DNA from: Bdellovibrionales bacterium
GTDB taxonomy: Bacteria; Bdellovibrionota; Bdellovibrionia; Bdellovibrionales; UBA1609
NCBI GenBank assembly: GCA_965199825.1
Contig: CBDATP010000004.1
Coordinates: 1-21,017 of the forward strand
Length of the DNA: 21,017 nt
Reading direction: 5' to 3'
This document shows positions 1-8,000 of the stretch, in pieces. The position numbers and the translations under genes were made by a program. The notes beneath the pieces are model-generated. The model had not been told where the DNA came from. It was given only the letters and a program-made list of their open reading frames with translations, and did no database searches. The first letter of the stretch is position 1; every line of letters begins with the position of its first letter.

Positions 1-248
1 CAGTTAATTGTTTCACTCTATGAAAACAATATGGATAGCAATGAAAATTGCTTTTAAAATATGTTGAACACTTTGTAATCGCAGGTAAAATCGCAGGTGA
101 AATAACAAATCGAAAACTATTATACTGCCCCCGGGGCATGAAGAAAAAAGCTGAGACATTTGGTAAATACTTCATCGAAGTAACGATTGATGAAATAAAG
201 TCCGCTCCGGACCATCGAGGAGGTCGTCTCAGTAGCAGTATAATATTA

Positions 249-1136
249 CTGAAAATTAATGTGAGAATAAAATTAGTACACAAGTGGATGAATACCTTGT
301 ATCACATTGGTTGAAGCACGCCATTCAATAAAATCCAATCTATTTAATCACCTTGAAATTAATTGTATGATATAATATAACATTTTTAGAGTAATTACCT
401 TGATGGAAAACGCGTTCTTATCCAACTCGGGTACCTTGGGATCGTTAAACCCATCGAAGCGTTGAAACATCGCCCTGAGGTGTTGAAATGTTCAATCGTT
501 GAAGTCTTTCACTACAGTTCACGTCAATTCACTATAAGTCAATTCAGTATATGTCAATACAGTACACATCACTTCGGTACACACCACCTAAGTACACATC
601 ACTTCTCTGAAGAACATCTTCCTGAGGTGTTGAAATGTTCAATCGTTGAAGTCATTCACTACAGTTCACGTCGATTCACTATAAGTCAATTCAGTAAATG
701 TCAATACAGTACACATCACTTCGGTACACATCACTTCACTGAAGAATATCACTAACACAACACGAATCACCAGCACGCACACCAATCACATCACTATAAC
801 CTGAGAAAATAGAAGAAAAATATAATAAATTAGTTATTTCATTCAATTATAAATATATATTGAAATAATACCTTTGTGTAGCACCAATGTCTTACACTTT
901 TGCACGCATCTATGAAGCATCAGAGCTGGGAAATGTATGAAAAATGTTAATATTATGTGTTCATTCTCAAATTGATGAATATTACGTACCTCTTTAGAGC
1001 CACCAGTGTCGATATCGATGCTGTATGATGCTGTAGATGAACGTGTGATTGCTAGGAAAAAGATTAGGTCTTTTGCGGTGCTTTTTCGGAAATTCGTCGA
1101 AAAAAACTAAGTCTTTTTGGAAAAATCGGGCGTGAC
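249..1136 (-). other. Predicted spliced 5' leader of the RepHel gene (belonging to the upstream-truncated copy): GT-AG introns 295-249, 398-340, 871-801, 989-926 and possibly 1136-1052; repeated at +12187
   Basis: Minus-strand donors AAG|GTATT, AAG|GTAATT, AAG|GTATTA, GAG|GTACGT, CAG|GTCACG. Acceptors TTTTCAG, TTAAATAG, TTCTTCTATTTTCTCAG, ATTTCCCAG, TTTTTCCTAG. Introns are 47, 59, 71, 64 and 85 nt, mostly very AT-rich. Confidence 0.6.
474..750. repeat. 147-bp direct duplication with internal 9-18 bp subrepeats (AGTCAATTC, AGTACACATCACTTC); repeated at 12661-12937
   Basis: CCTGAGGTGTTGAAATGTTCAATCGTTGAAGTC occurs at 474 and 621; the second copy lacks one subrepeat. Confidence 0.9.
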
Positions 1137-1155
1137 CTGTGTACTGAGCTTCTTC

Positions 1156-1221
1156 GTAGTGTATCGGGGAACCGGGGGGAACCCAGAATTAGAGGCTCCC
1201 CCCGATTCCCCAACACACCAC
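1156..1221 (-). other. 28-bp stem-loop (10-nt loop) that pairs fully only on the minus strand; repeated at 13343-13408
   Basis: Arms 1156-1183 and 1194-1221: 23 Watson-Crick pairs and 5 A-C oppositions on plus, which are G-T/G-U pairs on minus. Confidence 0.8.
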
Positions 1222-1636
1222 TCGTTGCAATGTGAAGATAGTGTAGTTTAAAGTGTTTTTGTTGAAGTTATTATTAATAACAGGGGCATTGCCTCCCCTG
1301 GGCCCGTAGGCTCACTCGCCGTTAGAGCTAGGCTCAGCGCCGGCTGGGAATTACAGGCGATTCAAACCATTGGGTATGGTCCCAGTTGGCATCACTTTCG
1401 ATCATGTGCCTACACGCCACCGGGGGACTACATACCCGTACTCAGGTGCCCCCCGGCTTTGATCACTGGCCCGCCCGACCCTCGTAATACCCATGGGATA
1501 AATCCCATATGGGAACAAAAGCCCAAAAAAAGTGTGTATTTAGTTGTGCGCCTATTTTTGGATTTGCCGGGGATATACCCCCCCGGGCTGGGTACAGCCT
1601 CTAAGGAAAAAAGTTAAGTAAATTAAAATGAGATGA

Positions 1637-1674
1637 TAACCTAAATTAACCTAAACTAACCTAAGATAACCTAA
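1637..1674. repeat. Four TAACCTAA motifs at exact 10-bp spacing (TTAGG-containing on minus); repeated at 13824-13861
   Basis: TAACCTAA at 1637, 1647, 1657 and 1667. Confidence 0.85.
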
Positions 1675-1687
1675 AACTAAAACTAAA

Positions 1688-1842
1688 CACATTTTTAAAG
1701 TCCCACAAGGGGACTATAAAAGCTCCACTGTTATTTTAACAGTGGGCTTCACATATTTATAGTCCCCTGAGGGGACTTTAAAGGCTCCACTGTTATTTTA
1801 ACAGTGGGCCTCACATATTTATAGTCCCCTGAGGGGACTTTT
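1688..1842. repeat. 2.5 copies of a 62-bp unit, each with two hairpins that have 3-nt loops (AGTCCCC-TGA-GGGGACT and CCACTGTTA-TTT-TAACAGTGG); repeated at 13875-14029
   Basis: Units start with CACAT at 1688, 1750 and 1812; the palindromes are read directly. The first hairpin has one mismatch next to its loop. Confidence 0.9.
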
Positions 1843-1854
1843 TTATTTCCCTAA

Positions 1855-2108
1855 GTCCTATGACACATAGGACCCGGGGGGCCTCATGACACATGAGGCC
1901 CTTTCTAGGAGAGTTCTATGACACATAGAACTCTTCTTTAGGCCCTATGACACATAGGACCTTTATTAGACACCCATGAAACATGGGTGTCCCCTTAAGA
2001 GTTCTATGACACATAGGACTCTTTTAATAGAGCCTATGACACATAGGCTCCCCTTAGGGCCTCATGACACATGAGACCCTTTATAGATGTTCATGACACA
2101 TGAACATC
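1855..2108. repeat. Array of nine hairpins with a conserved ATG-ACA-CAT core and variable, self-complementary arms
   Basis: Cores at 1860, 1886, 1918, 1947, 1976 (ATGAAACAT), 2006, 2036, 2064 and 2093. Stems are 8-12 bp. Confidence 0.95.
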
Positions 2109-2144
2109 CCCTTAAAATAAACTATATAAACTTTATAACAGACG

Positions 2145-2740
2145 GGGCCCATAGACGAGTCAACGGGGGCCCCTTAACACCCAAGCTTCACCGCTCAACA
2201 CACAGGGCCCATAGACGAGTCAACGGAGGCCCCTTAACACCCAAGCTTCACCGCTCAACACACAGGGCCCATAGACGAGTCAACGGGGGCCCCTTAACAC
2301 CCAAGCTTCACCGCTCAACACACAGGGCCCATAGACGAGTCAACGGGGGCCCCTTAACACCCAAGCTTCACCGCTCAACACACAGGGCCCATAGACAAGT
2401 TAACGGGGGCCCCTTAACATTCAAGCTTCACCGCTCAACACACAGGGCCCATAGACGAGTCAACGGGGGCCCCTTAACACCCAAGCTTCTCCTCTCAACA
2501 CACAGGGCCCATAGACGAGTCAACGGGGGCCCCTTAACACCCAAGCTTCACCGCTCAACACACAGGGCCCATAGACGAGTCAACGGGGGCCCCTTAACAC
2601 CCAAGCTTCACCGCTCAACACACAGGGCCCATAGACGTGTCAACAGGGGCCCCTTAACACCCAAGCTTCTTCGCTCAACACACAGGGCCCATAGACGTGT
2701 CAACGGGGGCCCACTTAACACCCAAGCTTCTCTCAAAACA
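2145..2740. repeat. Ten tandem 60-bp repeats (GGGCCCATAGACGAGTCAACGGGGGCCCCTTAACACCCAAGCTTCACCGCTCAACACACA)
   Basis: Units start at 2145, 2205, ... 2685 with few substitutions; the last unit is degenerate. Confidence 0.97.
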
Positions 2741-2893
2741 ATACTTACCAAGTCTTCCCAATACTTACCAAGTCCTCCCCAATACTTACCATTACCCACC
2801 CAATACTTACCATTACCCACCCAATACTTACCAAGTCCCCCCAATACTTACCATTTCCCCCCAATACTTACCAATACCCACCAAATACTTACC
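2741..2893 (-). repeat. Eight 20-21-bp repeats with invariant ATACTTACCA (minus strand TGGTAAGTAT, a consensus 5' splice site/U1-complementary motif)
   Basis: ATACTTACC at 2741, 2761, 2782, 2803, 2824, 2844, 2864 and 2885, separated by variable C-rich spacers. Confidence 0.93.
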
Positions 2894-3094
2894 AGGTGTC
2901 ATTTTAGACACCAAGGCCCCCTATGGGTTAGCCTTAAGGTCGGAACCATTTTGGAAACCGCCTAAGTCTGGTCGGGGCCATATGGGCCACCGCCAGTGTG
3001 GTCCCCTTTTGGGCGACCACATTTCGGGCCAGTGCCATTTTAACAACTGCCCATATTCTGAGGGGTGCCTATACGGGCCTGACCCCAAATAGAA

Positions 3095-4200
3095 AATTTA
3101 TATTTCCTTAACTACAGGTCTGATATATGCACATGCCTATATAGATCGAATCTACTGGTCATAAGCTTTCCATCGATGTATCAATCAAAGCTCTACGATG
3201 AGTTTGAAAATTTCTCATTATAAAAATTTTCGAACCCGGAAGTAACTTTTAAAAATCAATAACTTAAAAAATATAAGTCTGAATTCGACATTCGATATGT
3301 CAATGGAAAGCTCTTGCCATAACCTTTCCGTCGATATACTTTTTATTTTCGTACGACGTTAATTCACGAAGTTAGTCATAAATAAAATTTGAGGCTCGTC
3401 CCGGCTCGAAGCCGAATATAAAAAATTGCGTAAAGCACCTATGTGATTCATCCAATGTATGTACATGCCTATATCGATTCAATGTGCTCATCGTCCCCTT
3501 TCTATTGATATACTATTCGATATCCCATGATGTGTTTGAAATTTTTTCCCATTATAAAAATAACCCGGAAGTAATTTCAAAAAATCATATCTCTGAAACT
3601 GTAGAGTTAATTATGTAAACATTGTATTTCGTTTTGAATTACAATTCATTAGGTATATTTTGGCATCAATAAAATTTCTCTACCTCCAACCTCGACGCTT
3701 TTTACATTATCCGGACATTGTTTTTTTCAGAGATGGGGCGAAAAATGATTTAAAATGAGCATAACTCTGAAACTCTAAGAGATAAAAATACACATGCCTA
3801 TTTCGTTTGAAACTATATTTTTAGTAGTATCTTTTGGCATCAAAAGATTTTTTCTATCATAATTTTGAAAATTTTGTCCATTATCGGGACATAGTTTTTT
3901 TCAGAGGTCGAATAAATAAACTTTGAAAAATCATATCTCAAAAACTGTAGATAGTAAAAATAAAATTTTAATATCATATTGTTCGATAATTTATTTTCTA
4001 TCTTGGTGAAAAAAATGCTCTATGTAGTACGCTTTGAACATATTAAAATTTTCGAATTTCCAAAAAAATCTCAAATAACTTTTTTTATGCTGCTAGAAGG
4101 TGCGTGAAAAAATCTTACCATTCGATAGACCACATATGGTTCTACAACGTTTTAATTAGGGTCTGAGCTGGGCCATCATTATTTACCGAGTTATTCGAAG
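3095..4200. repeat. Degenerate AT-rich tandem repeats of ~155-175 bp with internal dyad symmetry (about 6-7 units); repeated at ~15282-16387
   Basis: ACATGCCTAT at 3131, 3463 and 3792, with related motifs at 3288 and 3619. CCCGGAAGTAA at 3235 and 3564. TTTGGCATCAA and CATTATC(C/G)GGACAT each recur ~174 bp apart. Internal GGAAAG...CTTTCC dyad at ~3305-3329. Confidence 0.7.
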
Positions 4201-4503
4201 GGCTCACTTTGGCATTTTTCAAGGTGTTCCTGGGTAGCTCAAGGAGGCAGGACCTCCTTATTAAAGATATTATTCGAGAGGGCTTTGGAAGTACTATCAT
4301 TGCTATAAATATCATTATTCTAAGTTATAGGGTTTAAGAAATATAGCTGTTCAAAAATCGACGGAAAAATTTGGGGGAGGAGGGGGTCTAAGCCCCTGGA
4401 ATAATAACCGTTGTTTACCAATTATATTTTTTGGTTGGTGTGTGATGCTCTATCGAGTAGGTATAATTAAAAGTTACGGCCTCTTTAGTTGGTCGGGTCC
4501 GAA

Positions 4504-4564
4504 ATGAAATATAATAGCTACTGGCATCAAGCACCCCGATCGGCCAGTAGCTATTATATTTCAT
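4504..4564. repeat. Perfect 22-bp inverted repeat with 17-nt spacer (candidate terminal/junction or nicking structure)
   Basis: ATGAAATATAATAGCTACTGGC (4504-4525) and GCCAGTAGCTATTATATTTCAT (4543-4564), ~470 bp downstream of the RepHel stop. Confidence 0.9.
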
Positions 4565-4973
4565 ACGGGCGTGCGTTAGTGACCGCAGATAAACAGGAAT
4601 TATCAATTTAATCAGTAATATGTCAAATAGTAATTTTATTTAAATTAATGTGATGTTAAATAGCGGTTTCGTCTTTATTAAGACTCATCAGTATTACTTA
4701 GGACTCTTTATCCAGTAATAGACCGCATTTGGGGCCATTAAAAAATTTAAGTTTGAGCAGGTTTGAATTTTAAAAATATTTATTGAAAAATGATTATAAA
4801 AATGAATTATAAAAAAGAATACAAATTTATTTACAATAATATGAAACTTATATATGCCTTTAAAAAACGAATACAAATTGAAAGAAATTATAATTGAGGC
4901 TAAAAAACCGAAGCCATCTGATGTCCTTTAGTGCTGCCACGAAGTCGAATTGTCCTTTTGTTTGAAGTCATAA

Positions 4974-5034
4974 CTAGAACATGGATAAAAAATGTAATTA
5001 ATCAATATCAATTAATTTATATGATATTACATAC
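4974..5034 (-). other. Predicted 61-nt intron in the 3' UTR, starting 1 nt after the RepHel stop codon (copy 2: 17438-17498)
   Basis: TAAG|GTATGT donor and GTTCTAG| acceptor around an AT-rich 61-nt stretch. Several AATAAA hexamers follow on the minus strand (plus-strand TTTATT at ~4635-4835). Confidence 0.55.
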
Positions 5035-5035
5035 C

Positions 5036-8000
5036 TTATTCTTGAAGTATAAAATGAACATTTGGATAACGTCCTCGAAATGAATCATTTATTCTGTCGT
5101 CGTCACTGTCACGTCCAATCGGTAATAGATAAAATCGTTGATTGAGTTGTCTTGATGAAAGACAAGGATTTCCAAGTCTTGTTTGGCATGAATTAGTATC
5201 CGATCTAATTGGAATTAATGCTTGAAAATGTGTAGAACCACTTTCACCGACCATTTGTATTACTATTGGTCTAACTGAGACCGGGTATTTTTTCGAGCAT
5301 ATACGTCCACCTCTTCCTATAGAGTCAGGTTTAATCCAGAGATCAATTGGACGATTCACTACAATTGATGTCGCGATTTGATGTGGTAAATCAGCCCAAT
5401 GAAATGTGTTGGGACGAAGATTGTTGTCACCTTTGATGAACTTCTCGTAGACCTTTTCAATGTTGGGAAAAGGACTTGATGTTGCTATAGAGAAGCACAA
5501 TGGAGCTGGAGGCAATGCGAATATATTTGATAAGGGAGCAAAGTAGCCATCCCAGAATCTCAGAACTGCTGCAAGAGCGCCAAATCGAATAATATGGTAG
5601 TGTCTCTCTGTTGCAAACAAACACATGGAAACAGCTCTATACCAACAACTTCCGTCGCCAACCACATCAACTGCTTTATAATTGAGTTGAACATGTCTTT
5701 GAAGCCATTGTTGGCCTTGGAATCTTCGGATACTTGGCGGTAAGTCGTGAATTGTCTTGATATTAGCTGTGTTGAGCGTGTCTTTTACTCTCTTGGTTAA
5801 GGTTGGATAAAATTTCTTTATGAAATCATCGACGCTGGACTTTGATTCCTCAAGTAGAACGGAACTTATTAAAAGTTTGGTCAATGCATCCGCACATTCT
5901 GAGTCAAGATCAGTTAATATTTGAAATCTTGATTCAGTCGTATCACTTGAACTTGATGATGTAGATGGATGTGAGCGCTTCTGAGATGTATGTTCGGACG
6001 TGTCCATTTCGGATGGTGAAGGCAAGCCAGAGAGTGGTCTATTATCTGCATAAGTTGGATCAATTTGGGTTGAACCGGAGTAATTGATTGGTGGAATAAG
6101 ATTTTCAGTATCAAAAGGATACCAAATATCGTCGTGGATTTGTGGATTACCATCATGTTCTACATAACTAAATGATGTATCACTATTAGGAATTAGACAG
6201 TTGTAAAGTCTATGTTGAAAATCTAAAGACATGACGACAGATCTTCGATTATTTTGACTTCTTGGTGAATATCGGGTAACAACATTATGCTTTCCCATTA
6301 CCCAACAAATGTCTATTGGACGATCGATGGCTTCAGAAACGGCTAAGACTGCTGCGTTTTCGGCCCAATTAAATTGAAAGTCCAAAGTCCCCAATGGATT
6401 GTCGTCGCGTCTGAATCTTTCTTTATATGTGTCGTTAAATACTTTTTCTTTGATACCTTCAAATCTGACGGAAACAGCAATACTCAGGCATAAATCACAT
6501 GCGTTTCTGAATAGAGCTCCTTGATGCAAGTCCCATCTCTCCATTTGTTGACTCACACAAAATAGAGCAGCAAATCTAATAATTTGTTCGTAAGCTTGCT
6601 GTCCATAAAGAAGAACTGAAATTGAATAATAAAAGCAATTTCCATCGTGAGCAACATCGTATTGATGAAATTCGTTTGCGATGTTAGGAGGAATGAAGGG
6701 TTCGTGATAGTCTCGTACTCCATTCTTAATGGGGATACTCTGGTGATGTGTTGGTCCATTGATTGATAGAATTTCTTTCTGTCGAACTTCGTTAAGAACA
6801 TAAACGCCAAAATTAAACAAATCAATTTGACTGAAGGTTTGGCGAATAGTGTCATTGTCTCTGAAATGATTGAATCTGAATAACTGTCTGATTACTTCTT
6901 GCACTCTAGAAAGTGTTGATCCAGTTGTCGGAACAGTTATCCTTGGAATGATTGCAGATACAAAAGAAGTTCCAGGATGAGGTAGTGGCTGTGGTTGAGG
7001 TCTTGGTTGTGGTTTTGATGTTGGTTTTGGTGTTACTTTAGTCTCATGTTTAGGCTTGTCTTTAGATTGGGAGCTAATTTTGAAGTCTTTAAAGACATCT
7101 GCCATCTTCTGAGATGATGTGGGCTCTTCTGCTTCTTCTGCTTCTCCTTCTTCTTCTTCGTCTTTGCTTCTTGGATCTATGAATTTGTCGTCATATTTCC
7201 ATTGAGGGAAAGGGTAGTTTGGCTCCCTTTGATCTTCAGGAAGCAGAAAGTCATTATTCTCAATCCATTTTAGAAGTTCTTGATAATATAATTTGATGAA
7301 AATCTTCGTTTTATCGAATGCAATTAATCTCATATCGCTGGCACGTCTTGTTCTAGTAAGCGCAACATAAGCTTGTCCCGAAGCAAACATCTTCTCGTCA
7401 ACTGAAACATACACTTTGTCTAAAGTCTTCCCTTGAACGCGATGTACAGTTGCGGCCCAACCAAGTGATATTGGGAATTGTTGACGGATATATCTATTTT
7501 CGCCATAATCATCGATGGTTTGTTTCATTCTTCTGATTGGGAAGAATTCTTTGCCGTCTAGCGATCTCAAGATGATATAATTCGAATCTGGATGAATAGA
7601 ATCGACGATCGCTTGTCTTCCATTGACTAGGCCTTTGGCTACATTGATGTTTCTTCTTATGAATACTAATGCGTTCTTCTTGATTTTAAGAACGTTTTCC
7701 ATTTTCTCATCTTTTTCTTTAAGTCGTTTAAGTGATAATTCTGATAGTTTATGTCCAGACATATCAGTGTCGATAGCTTCGAAGCTGAATTCCTGTTCTT
7801 TTGATTTGGCTAATATATCATTGTTGAACTGATCTACTTGTGCGCGCAATGATACAATAATTGTTATGTTCTTCTCGAATGCAGACTGCTTCACGCGCTC
7901 AATATCTTTAACTACTTTAGACTTGAAATAATTGTTGACTTCTGGTGTGACATTGCCAACTCTGACGTATTGAAGCATTCTTGCGAATTCAGCATCTCCA

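Noticed and set aside
48..755. Plus-strand 88-aa and 97-aa ORFs (and copies at 12235-12942)
   Set aside because: Both start at TTG, lie antisense to the predicted leader and have no recognisable homology; one is just the 147-bp duplication.
1637..1687. Telomere or telomeric insertion site (TTAGG)n
   Set aside because: Only four CCTAA motifs in a 10-bp period, not a contiguous TTAGG tract.
1855..2108. CRISPR array interpretation of the ATGACACAT repeats
   Set aside because: The constant part is only 9 nt, the variable parts are self-complementary arms rather than unique spacers, there are no cas genes, and the context is eukaryotic.
1464..3035. Long-range 10-bp inverted match CACTGGCCCG / CGGGCCAGTG
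   Set aside because: Too short to distinguish from chance in GC-rich flanks.
2087..3092. 292-aa, 131-aa and 78-aa ORFs over the repeat arrays (and their copies at 14274-15279)
   Set aside because: They arise because the 60-bp unit is a stop-free multiple of three. The 20/21-bp repeats shift frame, and no domain is recognisable.
4415..4876. 63-aa and 60-aa minus-strand ORFs downstream of RepHel
   Set aside because: Short, AT-rich and low-complexity; the first is disrupted in copy 2 and spans the inverted repeat.
1200..5030. Canonical Helitron junction (hairpin plus CTRR followed by TC)
   Set aside because: I could not find a convincing instance on the coding strand, so the termini are left undetermined.
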